64,000 bases of DNA, from positions 64,001-128,000 of the forward strand of contig JAYPQH010000017.1 of assembly GCA_038131935.1 (NCBI GenBank), given 5' to 3'. This DNA is from Alphaproteobacteria bacterium. GTDB taxonomy: Bacteria; Pseudomonadota; Alphaproteobacteria; UBA8317. Under the pieces are notes generated by a model. That model had not been told where the DNA came from, made no database searches, and saw only the letters and a program-made list of their open reading frames with translations. The translations under genes and the position numbers were made by a program. Shown piece after piece: positions 1-12,155 of this stretch; position 1 is the stretch's first letter, and each line of letters starts with the position of its first letter.

Positions 1-1
1 C

Positions 2-292
2 GACGTTATTGTTCTTGCAGGTCGTGACAAGGGAAAGAGGGGCGAGGTTATGTCCGTATTCCCAAAAGAAGATCGTGCAATTGTTCAGGGTATTAACTTG
101 GTGAAGCGGCACACAAAACCTTCGCAGACAACGCAAGGAGGAATGGTGTCAAAGCGAATTGTCCATTCACCTTCTAACTTGGCGCTGATAGATCCAAAAA
201 CAAATGAACCAACGCGGGTAGGCTATAAGCTACAAGAAGATGGCACCAAGGTTCGTTATGCAAAGAAGTCGGGGGATGTCATCGATGGCTGA
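2..292 (+). CDS. rplX: 50S ribosomal protein L24 (5'-partial)
   Basis: Frame reads [16 protein letters not shown]...[13 protein letters not shown]...RVGY; sits directly upstream of rplE. Residues near 152-176 look like a compensated +1/-1 indel. Confidence 0.95.
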   Translation, partial: DVIVLAGRDKGKRGEVMSVFPKEDRAIVQGINLVKRHTKPSQTTQGGMVSKRIVHSPSNLALIDPKTNEPTRVGYKLQEDGTKVRYAKKSGDVIDG

Positions 293-851
293 TCAGTATA
301 TTCCACGTATGCAGCAACATTATAAAGATGTTGTGCTTCCTGCAATGCAGGAGAAATTCGCATATAAAAATGTGATGATGATGCCAAAGCTTGATAAGAT
401 AGTTATCAATATGGGCGTTGGTGAGGCGACACAAGATTCCAAGAAAGTTCGTAATGCTGTTGCTGAACTCACGAAGATTGTGGGTCAAAAACCGATTGTA
501 ACCATAGCTCGGAAATCCAACGCGAGTTTCAAACTTCGTGAAGGGATGCCTATTGGTGCAAAGGTTACATTGCGGCGCGCACGTATGTATGAATTTGTAG
601 ACCGTTTGATCACCATGGCTTTGCCGAGGGTAAGGGATTTCCGTGGGCTAAACCCAAAAAGTTTCGACGGTCGCGGTAACTTTGCAATGGGCATTAAGGA
701 ACATATTGTTTTTCCTGAAATTGAATATGACAAAGTAGAGAATATTTGGGGTATGGACGTTATTGTTTGCACCACAGCGCAGACAGATGATGAGGCGCGT
801 GAGTTGTTGCGTGGATTCCGCTTCCCATTCATCGGCATGCAAGAGGGTTGA
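285..851 (+). CDS. rplE: 50S ribosomal protein L5
   Basis: [20 protein letters not shown] and FDGRGN motifs; spc operon position. Confidence 0.98.
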   Translation: MADQYIPRMQQHYKDVVLPAMQEKFAYKNVMMMPKLDKIVINMGVGEATQDSKKVRNAVAELTKIVGQKPIVTIARKSNASFKLREGMPIGAKVTLRRARMYEFVDRLITMALPRVRDFRGLNPKSFDGRGNFAMGIKEHIVFPEIEYDKVENIWGMDVIVCTTAQTDDEARELLRGFRFPFIGMQEG

Positions 852-854
852 GTT

Positions 855-1160
855 ATGGCGAAAAAAAGTTCGATTGAAAAAAATAAGCGCCGTATTCGCT
901 TGTCGGCACAGCATAAGAATAAGCGCGACCAGTTGCGTGCAGTTGCACGTGATCGATCACTGCCAGCTGAAGAGCGTTTTGCAGCTTCTCTAAAACTTGC
1001 TGCAATGCCTAGGAATGGTGCTTTGTCTCGGGTGCGGAATCGCTGCGAAGTGACGGGTCGCCCACATGGCTATTATCGTAAATTAAAGATGTCACGTATT
1101 GCGCTGCGCGAGTTAGGTTCGCGTGGGTTGATACCTGGTCTCGTTAAGTCGAGTTGGTGA
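855..1160 (+). CDS. rpsN: 30S ribosomal protein S14 (long, Zn-independent type)
   Basis: MAKKS...[16 protein letters not shown]...IPGLVKSSW, 101 aa. Confidence 0.98.
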   Translation: MAKKSSIEKNKRRIRLSAQHKNKRDQLRAVARDRSLPAEERFAASLKLAAMPRNGALSRVRNRCEVTGRPHGYYRKLKMSRIALRELGSRGLIPGLVKSSW

Positions 1161-1170
1161 GGAGTTTCTG

Positions 1171-1569
1171 ATGGCTACAACTGATCCACTATCAGATATG
1201 TTAACCCGTATTCGTAACGCGCAAATGCGTAAGCACCCAAGGGTGATTTGTCCTGCATCAAGTCTGCGCGGTAACGTTTTAGATGTTCTTCGTGAGGAAG
1301 GCTTTATTCGTGGCTATACACGTGTTGAGCAACATAAAGGACTCGACGATTTTGAAATCGAATTGAAATACCACGAAGGTTCTCCAGCGATCCAGGAGAT
1401 GAAGCGTGTTTCTACTCCTGGTCGTCGTGTTTATAAAGGCGTGGAAGAGCTACCAAAGATTCGCAATGGTCTTGGTATCACCATCGTCTCCACTTCTAAG
1501 GGTGTCATGTCAGATGCTAGAGCACGTGAAGAAAATGTCGGTGGTGAAGTGCTTTGCACTGTATTCTAA
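1171..1569 (+). CDS. rpsH: 30S ribosomal protein S8
   Basis: [21 protein letters not shown] and STSKGVM motifs. Confidence 0.98.
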   Translation: MATTDPLSDMLTRIRNAQMRKHPRVICPASSLRGNVLDVLREEGFIRGYTRVEQHKGLDDFEIELKYHEGSPAIQEMKRVSTPGRRVYKGVEELPKIRNGLGITIVSTSKGVMSDARAREENVGGEVLCTVF

Positions 1570-1589
1570 CCTGAGAGAGGATTGTAAAC

Positions 1590-2123
1590 ATGTCTAGAAT
1601 TGGTAAGCGACCTGTTGAGATACCCTCAGGCGTTCAAGTCGAGTTGTCAGGTCGTGAGTTGTCGATCAAGGGACCTCGAGGCGCTGAGTCTTTGCAGTTG
1701 GTAGATGAAGTGAATTGTCAAATCGAGGACAATGCAATTTCCATTGTGCCTAGGGACAACACGAAGCGTGCTCGTTCAATGTGGGGTATGCAACGGACAC
1801 TTGTTCATAATAGCATTGAGGGCTTGAGCAAAGGTTTTGTTAAAGATCTTGAAATTACCGGTGTTGGTTTTAGGGCAATGCTTCAGGGCAAAATACTCGT
1901 TTTGCAGTTGGGGTACAGCCACGACATTTTTTATCCCATCCCAGAGGATATTGATATCAAATGTGAAAGGCCAACTGCGATATCGATTTCTGGTAATTCT
2001 AAGCAGCGTGTTGGGCAGATCGCTGCTGAAATACGGGCCCTTCGCGCACCAGAGCCATACAAAGGCAAGGGTGTTAAGTATGCAAACGAATATATCTTCC
2101 GTAAGGAAGGTAAGAAGAAGTAA
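1590..2123 (+). CDS. rplF: 50S ribosomal protein L6
   Basis: MSRIGKRPV...PEPYKGKGVKY. Confidence 0.98.
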   Translation: MSRIGKRPVEIPSGVQVELSGRELSIKGPRGAESLQLVDEVNCQIEDNAISIVPRDNTKRARSMWGMQRTLVHNSIEGLSKGFVKDLEITGVGFRAMLQGKILVLQLGYSHDIFYPIPEDIDIKCERPTAISISGNSKQRVGQIAAEIRALRAPEPYKGKGVKYANEYIFRKEGKKK

Positions 2124-2132
2124 GGGTGTATC

Positions 2133-2486
2133 ATGGCAACTCGTAGTAAAATTTTTACACGTCGACGTAATAGGGTTCGTAATCACCTGAAAAAGGTTTC
2201 TAACGGTCGCCCTCGTTTGAGTGTGTTTCGCTCCGGTCGACATATTTATGCCCAAGTAATTGATGACATGCAGGGTGTAACTCTCGCTGCTGCGTCAACG
2301 TTGGAGAAAGATCTTGGTGCAACAGGTTCGAGTGTTGATGCGGCGGCAAAGGTTGGCAATCTGATAGCAGAACGTGCCAAGGCAGCTGGTGTTGAAACAG
2401 TTGTATTCGATCGTGGTGGTTTTATTTACCACGGGCGTGTTCGCTCATTAGCAGAAGCAGCACGTGAAGCTGGCCTGCAGTTTTAA
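2133..2486 (+). CDS. rplR: 50S ribosomal protein L18
   Basis: [30 protein letters not shown]. Confidence 0.98.
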   Translation: MATRSKIFTRRRNRVRNHLKKVSNGRPRLSVFRSGRHIYAQVIDDMQGVTLAAASTLEKDLGATGSSVDAAAKVGNLIAERAKAAGVETVVFDRGGFIYHGRVRSLAEAAREAGLQF

Positions 2487-2500
2487 TAAAGGATGGATTG

Positions 2501-3058
2501 ATGGCGCAAGAACGTGATAATAAAGAACGGGACTCTGAGTTCGTTGACCGTCTGGTCCATATTAATCGTGTGGCAAAGACAGTAAAAGGTGGTAAGAACT
2601 TTGCTTTTGCCGCACTGGTTGTTGTTGGGGATCAAAAGGGCCGCGTAGGCTTCGGTCATGGTAAGGCTCGTGAGGTGCCAGAAGCTATTCGTAAAGCAAC
2701 TGATCAAGCCAAGCGCCAGCTTATAAGGGTGCCTTTGCGTGAAGGTCGTACATTGCACCACGATATCGAGGGACGCCATGGCGCAGGTAAGGTTGTGCTG
2801 CGTGCAGCTCCAGTTGGTAAAGGCATCATTGCTGGTGGGCCCCTTCGTGCGGTATTTGAGACTTTGGGTATCCAGGATGTTGTCGCCAAATCTATTGGTA
2901 CTTCAAATCCATACAATATGGTTCGCGCAACCTTTGATGCGCTACAGCGTATGACGTCACCACGTATGGTAGCGGCACGTCGAAACTTAAAAGTCGCCGA
3001 CTTGGTTGCGCGCAGGAATGATGGGGTTTCTTCTGAAACAGCCATCGTTAATGAATGA
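2501..3058 (+). CDS. rpsE: 30S ribosomal protein S5
   Basis: [25 protein letters not shown]. Confidence 0.98.
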   Translation: MAQERDNKERDSEFVDRLVHINRVAKTVKGGKNFAFAALVVVGDQKGRVGFGHGKAREVPEAIRKATDQAKRQLIRVPLREGRTLHHDIEGRHGAGKVVLRAAPVGKGIIAGGPLRAVFETLGIQDVVAKSIGTSNPYNMVRATFDALQRMTSPRMVAARRNLKVADLVARRNDGVSSETAIVNE

Positions 3059-3068
3059 GGTGAGATTG

Positions 3069-3266
3069 ATGTCGGAAAACAAAAAGACAATTGTTGTTAA
3101 ACAGATTGGTAGTCCTATCCGTCGTGAATCCAAGCAGCAAGCGACATTGGTTGGACTAGGGTTGAACAAAATGAATCGTGTTCGTGTGTTGGAAGACACA
3201 CCGGCAATTCGTGGCATGATCACAAAGGTGTCCCATTTGGTGACCGTTGTGGAAGAAAAGAACTGA
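3069..3266 (+). CDS. rpmD: 50S ribosomal protein L30
   Basis: QIGSPIRR...TLVGLGLNK...[16 protein letters not shown]. Confidence 0.96.
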   Translation: MSENKKTIVVKQIGSPIRRESKQQATLVGLGLNKMNRVRVLEDTPAIRGMITKVSHLVTVVEEKN

Positions 3267-3276
3267 GGGCGAAATC

Positions 3277-3765
3277 ATGAAACTTAATGAACTTGCCGAC
3301 AATCCAGGTGCGCGTAAGTCTCGCATGCGTGTTGGACGGGGTATTGGATCTGGTAAAGGAAAAACGGCTGGTCGTGGTGTCAAAGGGCAGAAGTCTCGCT
3401 CCGGTGTTGCGATTAAAGGTTTTGAAGGCGGTCAGATGCCTATTCATCGTCGTTTGCCAAAACGCGGGTTTAAAAAACCAAACCAAGTGCAATATGCTGA
3501 ATTGACCTTAGACAAGTTGGTCGCTGCCATTGCTGCTCAGAAGGTCGACGGTCAAAAACTACTCAACGAAGCTGATCTTGTGGCGTCTGGTGTTGTGAGG
3601 CGCAAAAAGGATGGTATTCGTTTGATTGGTACAGCTGATGTCAATTTGGCGGTTACTGTCGAGGTATCTGGTGTTACAGCAGGCGCTCGTCGCTGCATTG
3701 AGAGTGCAGGTGGTGCAGTGAATGTTGTTGTTGCGAAGCAAGTTGAAGGGGCAGACAGCGAATAA
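3277..3765 (+). CDS. rplO: 50S ribosomal protein L15
   Basis: [35 protein letters not shown]. Confidence 0.98.
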   Translation: MKLNELADNPGARKSRMRVGRGIGSGKGKTAGRGVKGQKSRSGVAIKGFEGGQMPIHRRLPKRGFKKPNQVQYAELTLDKLVAAIAAQKVDGQKLLNEADLVASGVVRRKKDGIRLIGTADVNLAVTVEVSGVTAGARRCIESAGGAVNVVVAKQVEGADSE

Positions 3766-3802
3766 TGTTGTCTATCTCTAGGATGCGTTAAACGGAGGTT
3801 AC

Positions 3803-5698
<1,896 letters not shown>

Positions 5699-5710
5699 GC
5701 TATCGAGGAC

Positions 5711-5738
5711 TTGACGTGATGGAGTATCACAGTATACT
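5711..5738 (+). promoter_or_regulatory. Sigma70-type promoter of the rpsM-rpsK-rpoA-rplQ operon
   Basis: TTGACG (5711-5716), 16-nt spacer, TATACT (5733-5738), about 80 nt upstream of rpsM. Confidence 0.65.
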
Positions 5739-5819
5739 CCGCACTTTCGTGGAAGTTTCAGGTGGGATTTACATTTGATTATTCCAAATCCTTGTTAGCC
5801 AGCAATCAGGAGTAACAAC

Positions 5820-6188
5820 GTGGCACGAATTGGTGGCGTAAATATACCAACAAATAAGCGCGTTCATATTGCGCTGACTTACATTCACGGCATTGGTCGT
5901 CATAATGCTAAGACGATCTGTAATGCATTGGATATTCAAGAACAGAGACGTGTTGCGGAATTAAGCGATGCTGAAATTATCCAGATACGAGAAATGATCG
6001 ATCGAGATTTTATGGTGGAAGGCGACCTTCGTCGTGAGCGAGCCATGAACATTAAAAGATTGATGGATTTGGGTTGTTATCGAGGACTTCGACATCGTCG
6101 TAATTTACCTGTTCGTGGACAACGGACACATACCAACGCGCGAACACGTAAGGGTCCTGCTCGACCGATCGCTGGTAAGAAGAAATAA
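5820..6188 (+). CDS. rpsM: 30S ribosomal protein S13
   Basis: [27 protein letters not shown]. Confidence 0.98.
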   Translation: MARIGGVNIPTNKRVHIALTYIHGIGRHNAKTICNALDIQEQRRVAELSDAEIIQIREMIDRDFMVEGDLRRERAMNIKRLMDLGCYRGLRHRRNLPVRGQRTHTNARTRKGPARPIAGKKK

Positions 6189-6200
6189 GGAAGTTACGTC

Positions 6201-6593
6201 ATGGCAAGACAAGATAAGACACGTGTTCGTCGTAAGGAACGCAAGAACATCTCTTCAGGGGTTGCTCATGTGCTATCGACCTTTAACAACACTTTGATCA
6301 CTATTTCTGATGCGCAGGGAAATGCTATTTCTTGGTCGTCAGCGGGTGCATTAGGTTTTAAGGGTTCGCGTAAATCCACGCCATATGCTGCTCAAGTTGC
6401 TGCAGAAGAAGCAGGAAAAAAGGCCCAAGAACATGGCATGAAAAGTCTCGACGTGGAGGTTTGTGGCCCTGGTTCAGGCAGAGAGAGCGCTTTGAGGGCT
6501 TTGTCGTCGATTGGGTTTACTATCTCCTCTATCCGAGATGTTACGCCCATACCTCACAATGGTTGTCGTCCTCCTAAGCGGCGTCGGGTATAA
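6201..6593 (+). CDS. rpsK: 30S ribosomal protein S11
   Basis: [32 protein letters not shown]. Confidence 0.98.
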   Translation: MARQDKTRVRRKERKNISSGVAHVLSTFNNTLITISDAQGNAISWSSAGALGFKGSRKSTPYAAQVAAEEAGKKAQEHGMKSLDVEVCGPGSGRESALRALSSIGFTISSIRDVTPIPHNGCRPPKRRRV

Positions 6594-6620
6594 AATTTTT
6601 TAATAACGAGGTGCAACTCT

Positions 6621-7646
6621 ATGGATGTAGCAATCCAGAAAAACTGGCTCGAATTAATTAAGCCAACGGAAATTCAATCCCAATCATCGCTTGGACATAA
6701 GCGTTCTAAAATCGAAGTTGAGCCATTAGAACGGGGCTTTGGTATAACGCTAGGTAATGCGTTGCGTAGGGTTTTGTTATCATCCATACGTGGGTCAGCC
6801 ATCATTGCCGTTCAAATTGACGGTGTTCTCCATGAATTTTCGTCTATTGCCGGTGTTCGTGAGGATGTGACTGACATTGTTCTCAATACCAAGGGGATTG
6901 CAGTGCGCTCCCAAGTTGAGGGATTAAAGCGTCTGGTTCTTGATGCAAAAGGTCCTTGTGAGGTGCGTGCTGGTGACATCTCGACAACGGGTGATATTCA
7001 GGTTTTAAACCCAGATCACGCGATTTGTACCTTGGACGATGGTGTAGAGTTACACATGGAGTTTTTGGTTTCTTCAGGGCGAGGATATGTCCCTGCTGAG
7101 AAGAACCGTACAGAAGACGCCCCAATCGGTTTGATTCCCATCGATGCCATTTTCTCACCTGTAAAGCGTGTTGCCTACAGTGTAGAAAATACGCGGGTCG
7201 GGCAGGGTCTCGATTATGACAAGTTGATCATGGAAATTGAGACGGATGGTACGGTGTTGCCAGAGGATGCGTTGGCTTACTCGGCCCGTATTTTACAGGA
7301 TCAGCTTCAGGTGTTTATCAACTTTGAGGAGGCACAACCTACCGTTGTTGTGCCAGAGGCACAAACCATTGACTTCAACCCAGCCCTATTGAAGAAGGTG
7401 GATGAGTTGGAATTGTCTGTGCGTTCTGCCAATTGCCTCAAGAATGATAACATTGTTTATATTGGTGATCTTCTTCAAAAAACCGAAGCAGAGCTTTTGC
7501 GCACGCCTAATTTTGGCCGTAAGTCATTGAATGAGATTAAAGAAGTCTTAAGTCATATGGGATTGCATTTGGGTATGGATATTCCCGATTGGCCTCCTGA
7601 AAATATTGATGATTTGGCGAAAAAATATGATGAGCCAAGTTTCTGA
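6621..7646 (+). CDS. rpoA: RNA polymerase subunit alpha
   Basis: [43 protein letters not shown]. Confidence 0.99.
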   Translation: MDVAIQKNWLELIKPTEIQSQSSLGHKRSKIEVEPLERGFGITLGNALRRVLLSSIRGSAIIAVQIDGVLHEFSSIAGVREDVTDIVLNTKGIAVRSQVEGLKRLVLDAKGPCEVRAGDISTTGDIQVLNPDHAICTLDDGVELHMEFLVSSGRGYVPAEKNRTEDAPIGLIPIDAIFSPVKRVAYSVENTRVGQGLDYDKLIMEIETDGTVLPEDALAYSARILQDQLQVFINFEEAQPTVVVPEAQTIDFNPALLKKVDELELSVRSANCLKNDNIVYIGDLLQKTEAELLRTPNFGRKSLNEIKEVLSHMGLHLGMDIPDWPPENIDDLAKKYDEPSF

Positions 7647-7678
7647 ACCTTAAAGAGCTTGTCTGAAGGATAAAAAAT

Positions 7679-8095
7679 ATGCGTCACGGAAATTCTTTGC
7701 GTAAACTTAACCGCACACATTCACACCGCAAAGCAATGTTTGCTAATATGGCAGCATCTTTAATCAAACATGAGCAGATAAAGACAACGCTTCCCAAGGC
7801 GAAAGAGTTAAGACCTATTGTGGAGCGTCTGGTCACATTATCCAAGCGTGGAGATCTTCATGCCCGCAGATTGGTAGCTTCTCGGCTTCAGGATAAGGAT
7901 ATGACACAGAAGTTGTTTGATATACTGGGTCCTCGGTACCAAGAGCGCCAAGGTGGTTATATTCGTATCATGAAAGCTGGTTTTAGATATGGAGATAACG
8001 CCCCCATGGCAGTGATTGAGTTTGTGGAGCGTGATGTTGAGGCTAAGGGTCAAGATTCTGGTGCCATTGAAGTATTGGCTGATAACGAAGCTTAA
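7679..8095 (+). CDS. rplQ: 50S ribosomal protein L17
   Basis: MRHG...[24 protein letters not shown]. Confidence 0.98.
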   Translation: MRHGNSLRKLNRTHSHRKAMFANMAASLIKHEQIKTTLPKAKELRPIVERLVTLSKRGDLHARRLVASRLQDKDMTQKLFDILGPRYQERQGGYIRIMKAGFRYGDNAPMAVIEFVERDVEAKGQDSGAIEVLADNEA

Positions 8096-8123
8096 TGGTC
8101 TTTTCTATCAGTAAACGAATAAG

Positions 8124-8151
8124 AAAGTTGCCCAAGGGCAGCTTTTTTTTT
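8124..8151 (+). terminator. Intrinsic terminator after rplQ
   Basis: Hairpin AAAGTTGCC-CAAG-GGCAGCTTT followed by a long T run. Confidence 0.85.
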
Positions 8152-8252
8152 GTTTGAATAGTCATGGCTTGAAAATAGATGATCTGCAGGGCCATGGTCA
8201 TGTGATGGTGTTGTCTTGTTACAGGAATTAAAAGGGGTTGTTACGAAACGTC

Positions 8253-9199
8253 ATGGATCACAGCAAATCTAAAAGACATGTGTATATTGTTGATGATGAA
8301 CAAAATGGTAGACGTCTGGATAGGGTAATAAGAGCGCAGCAAGGCAATGTGCCCCAGGCCTTGATAGAGAAATGGGCCCGTAGCAAGTCTCTTTTGGTAA
8401 ATAGCCAGCCATCAAAACCCAACCAAAGACTAAATATGGGAGATGAAGTAAGTTGGCCTGATGTGACTGAGGTTATCAAGCTTCGATCAAGAGAGAATCG
8501 TAAGCAAAACCTATCTCATCAAGAAATTGATATTGTTTTTCGAGCCAAATCTTTTTTGGTCCTTAATAAACCATCCGGGTTGGCATCTCAGGGGGGGAGC
8601 GGTCTTAATTATTCGGTCGATGATTGGTTAACCTCATTAGATGGTCATTGGAAGCTGGTGCATCGACTTGATCGAGCAACCTCTGGTTGTTTGTTGGTGG
8701 CTAGAGGCGCCAAAGCTACTGAGCATTTTGCACAACAATTTCGTGAACGCTCAACCTGTAAATTTTATCTAGCATTGGTGAAAGATGGTGGGGTGAGCAG
8801 ACCGGTTACATTGATGTTCCACTGCGTAGACGAGATGATGTGTCAAGAAAGTCTTTTGTTGAAGTCCATCCTGAAGGTGACAGTGCGTCTACATATTTTC
8901 ATTATTTAGGTGGCGGTGAAGATCAGCATCTGATGCTATTGCGTCCGCTTACAGGGAGAATGCATCAATTGAGGGTGCATATGGCAAGCAAGGGTACACC
9001 TATTATAGGCGATAGTTTGTATGGAGGTCACGACGCAGAAAGGTTGGCGCTTCATGCCTTATGTTTGTCTGTTAACGATCAAGATGATAACCGTCACTGG
9101 ATGACAGCAAACCCAGGGCCTGATTATAAGCGTTTGGCGCCTGATCTTATGAAATATATACCTGACCAAGATATACTTGAGGCATTGGGTGATGTCTGA
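8253..9199 (+). CDS. rluC: RluA/RluC-family pseudouridine synthase (apparent frameshift at ~8792)
   Basis: S4-like N-terminus, NKPSGLASQGG, HRLDRATSG, then LTGRMHQLRVH and GDSLYG in the next frame. One G is missing in a G run. Confidence 0.85.
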
Positions 9200-9851
9200 A
9201 CCTACACTCATTCTGTTTGATTGTGATGGCACATTGATGAATGGGGGGGTGGTTGTTGCAGAGGTTATGAAGGAGACCTTCGTCAACATGGGTATGAAAC
9301 CTCCGTCATCGAGTGATGTTTTTATGCTCATTGGTCTCAATTTGGATATCGTTATACAAAGACTGGGTGTTGAGGACGAACATATTAATATCTTTGTATC
9401 TGAGTATAAAAAAAATATGCTTCAAAGACGAGAAAAAGGTCCTTTGTATGAACCTTTATATGACGGAGTTTTGGGTTTACTTCAAAAGCTTTCCCATCAG
9501 CCTCATCTATTGCTTGGGGTGGCAACCGGAAAATCACTCCGTGGGTTAATGTTAGCGTTGAAGCATCATGAAATTGATCGTTATTTTACGGTTTTCAGAA
9601 CCCCTGACCATGGCCCAGGAAAACCTGACCCATTTATGATAACGGATGCTGCGAAAAGTTTGGGTATAACATCTGAGAGGACAATGATGATTGGTGACAC
9701 AAGCTTTGATATGAAAATGGCATGTGCGGCACATGCAAAAGCAGTTGGCGTTTCATGGGGGTATCATTCTGCTGAGCACTTGTTTGGTAGTGGTGCAGGT
9801 CATGTGGCAGCCGATACACGAGAATTGTATGAAATAATCATGGATTTTTGA
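9192..9851 (+). CDS. HAD-IA family hydrolase (phosphoglycolate phosphatase-like)
   Basis: FDCDGTL, ATGK, KPDP and IGDTSFD motifs. Confidence 0.9.
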   Translation: MSEPTLILFDCDGTLMNGGVVVAEVMKETFVNMGMKPPSSSDVFMLIGLNLDIVIQRLGVEDEHINIFVSEYKKNMLQRREKGPLYEPLYDGVLGLLQKLSHQPHLLLGVATGKSLRGLMLALKHHEIDRYFTVFRTPDHGPGKPDPFMITDAAKSLGITSERTMMIGDTSFDMKMACAAHAKAVGVSWGYHSAEHLFGSGAGHVAADTRELYEIIMDF

Positions 9852-9854
9852 TCA

Positions 9855-10556
9855 ATGTCATCTCAATTTGTAAGTCAGATTATGACAAAGGGTGAGCCGC
9901 CTCACATTGTTGTCTGCAACAATGAAAAGCCTGTTAAAACCCCCAAGGGCAATATCTTGATGTCCCCTAGCGAGGAATTGGCCCGTTATGTATGTACGGA
10001 ACTGAAGGCATGTCTTGAAGACAAGACCACTCCAGGAGCAGCACTTAAACTGCACAATACTTATCTTGATCGCTCGGAGGATGATATTCTTCTCTGGCAA
10101 AATTTATGTATGGAGCAACTCCGCTCAGATGCTATCTGGATTAGAGAACCTTACCCGGAAGCTTTGTGTAAAGAACAAGATGCTCTCTTTGCGCCTTTTG
10201 AACATGTGGCCAGTCAGAGATTTGGTTATTTGCCTCAGCCGTCGCAATCTCTTTTGTTTCCAGCGATCAATAAGGACGGCGAACAGGGGGTTAAAAAATT
10301 TCTGATAGATTTGACACCTATAGGACTGCTTGCCTTTTTAGGACTGGTACAACGTTGTCAATCCTTTATCCTACCTTATGGTCATATATATGGGAGCATA
10401 TCTTGGGAAGGAATTCGTGACGCACTTTTTGTCGAAGAAAACTGGCAGCGACGATATTGGGGGGAAGATAAGGAGGCTCTTGCGCGACAAGCTCATCTAA
10501 CAGAAGATCTTTGGTATTATTGCACACTTACGCGACTTGCCCAACAAGCATCTTAG
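9855..10556 (+). CDS. ATP12-family ATPase chaperone
   Basis: KPVKTPKG and EENWQRRYWGEDKEA motifs; conserved rluC-HAD-ATP12 order in alphaproteobacteria. Confidence 0.8.
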   Translation: MSSQFVSQIMTKGEPPHIVVCNNEKPVKTPKGNILMSPSEELARYVCTELKACLEDKTTPGAALKLHNTYLDRSEDDILLWQNLCMEQLRSDAIWIREPYPEALCKEQDALFAPFEHVASQRFGYLPQPSQSLLFPAINKDGEQGVKKFLIDLTPIGLLAFLGLVQRCQSFILPYGHIYGSISWEGIRDALFVEENWQRRYWGEDKEALARQAHLTEDLWYYCTLTRLAQQAS

Positions 10557-10605
10557 TGGCAGTGAGTTTTTGACTGCTCGATAAAAGTAATAACGGAAAG
10601 CTGAT

Positions 10606-12138
10606 ATGAAACCTATCATTGAACAACTTGAGGAAAAACGAACCAAGGCGAAGTTGGGTGGTGGATTGGTGCGCCAAGAAGCACAACATAAAAAAGGTAA
10701 ACTCACCGCCCGCGAACGATTGGACCTTTTCCTCGATCCCGGTAGTTTTGAAGAATACGACATGTTCGTTCAACATCGTTGTTACGAGTTTGGTATGGAG
10801 CAGCATGAATTTCCAGGAGACTCAGTGGTAACAGGGTGGGGCACTGTTAACGGAAGATTGGTGTTTGTTTTCTCGCAAGACTTTACCGTTTTTGGTGGTT
10901 CACTCTCTGAAGTACATGCCGAGAAAATTTGTAAAATTATGGACAAAGCCATGGATGTTGGTGCCCCTGTCATTGGGTTGAATGACTCAGGAGGAGCACG
11001 CATCCAAGAGGGTGTTGATTCTCTTGGTGGTTATGCAGATGTGTTTTTGCGCAATGTAAAAGCATCTGGGGTTGTGCCACAGATTTCTGTCATTATGGGG
11101 CCTTGCGCAGGTGGAGCCGTGTACTCTCCCGCGATGACTGACTTTATATTTATGGTTCGTGATAGTTCCTATATGTTCGTGACTGGTCCGGACGTTGTTA
11201 AAACAGTCACCAATGAAGTTGTCTCAGCAGAGGAGTTAGGGGGTGCGTCAACCCACACCAGTAAATCTTCTGTGGCCGATGGCGCCTACGATAATGATGT
11301 TGAAGCCCTTTTACAGACCAGAAGATTGGTAGGGTTTTTACCGCAATCTTCTCGTGAGAAGCCTCCTCGGATTCAGCGCTATGAAAGTATTGAGCATGCT
11401 GATGAGAGTTTGGACACCATTATCCCTGAAAATCCTAATGTTCCTTATGATATGAAAGAAGTGATTACCAAAATCATCGATGATGGGGACTTTTTTGAAA
11501 TTCAAGAAGACTTTGCACGTAACATCATCACTGGTTTTGCGCGTATTGATGGAGGTACGGTTGGCATCGTCGCTAACCAGCCAATGATATTGGCTGGTTG
11601 TTTGGATATTGATTCATCGCGGAAGGCTGCACGATTTGTTCGCTTTTGTGATGCCTTTAATATTCCCATTCTAACATTTGTCGATGTTCCTGGGTTTTTG
11701 CCAGGCACGGCTCAGGAATATGGTGGTATTATAAAACAAGGTGCAAAATTACTGTTTGCCTTTGCGGAAGCTACTGTTCCAAAGATAACTGTGATCACCC
11801 GAAAAGCCTATGGTGGTGCATATGATGTAATGAGTTCTAAGCATCTTCGAGGTGATGTGAATTATGCATGGCCAACAGCTGAGATTGCGGTTATGGGGGC
11901 AAAAGGTGCTGTGGAAATTTTGTATCGTTCTGAATTGGGAGATGTAGACAAAATTGCTGAGCGTACAAAGGATTATGAGGATCGATTTGCTAATCCGTTT
12001 GTGGCAGCTCAACGGGGCTTTATTGATGATGTCATCATGCCACGGAATACGCGAAGACGGGTAGCGCGGGCCTTGAGCATGCTTGCCAACAAACAGGTCG
12101 TTAATCCACCCAAAAAACATGATAATATACCTCTTTAA
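10606..12138 (+). CDS. pccB: Propionyl-CoA carboxylase beta subunit
   Basis: [35 protein letters not shown]. Confidence 0.95.
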   Translation: MKPIIEQLEEKRTKAKLGGGLVRQEAQHKKGKLTARERLDLFLDPGSFEEYDMFVQHRCYEFGMEQHEFPGDSVVTGWGTVNGRLVFVFSQDFTVFGGSLSEVHAEKICKIMDKAMDVGAPVIGLNDSGGARIQEGVDSLGGYADVFLRNVKASGVVPQISVIMGPCAGGAVYSPAMTDFIFMVRDSSYMFVTGPDVVKTVTNEVVSAEELGGASTHTSKSSVADGAYDNDVEALLQTRRLVGFLPQSSREKPPRIQRYESIEHADESLDTIIPENPNVPYDMKEVITKIIDDGDFFEIQEDFARNIITGFARIDGGTVGIVANQPMILAGCLDIDSSRKAARFVRFCDAFNIPILTFVDVPGFLPGTAQEYGGIIKQGAKLLFAFAEATVPKITVITRKAYGGAYDVMSSKHLRGDVNYAWPTAEIAVMGAKGAVEILYRSELGDVDKIAERTKDYEDRFANPFVAAQRGFIDDVIMPRNTRRRVARALSMLANKQVVNPPKKHDNIPL

Positions 12139-12155
12139 CGGATAGGGTCATCACC

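Noticed and set aside
9855-10556. Mitochondrial-type ATP12 chaperone in a bacterium
   Set aside because: Well known in alphaproteobacteria in this same gene context.
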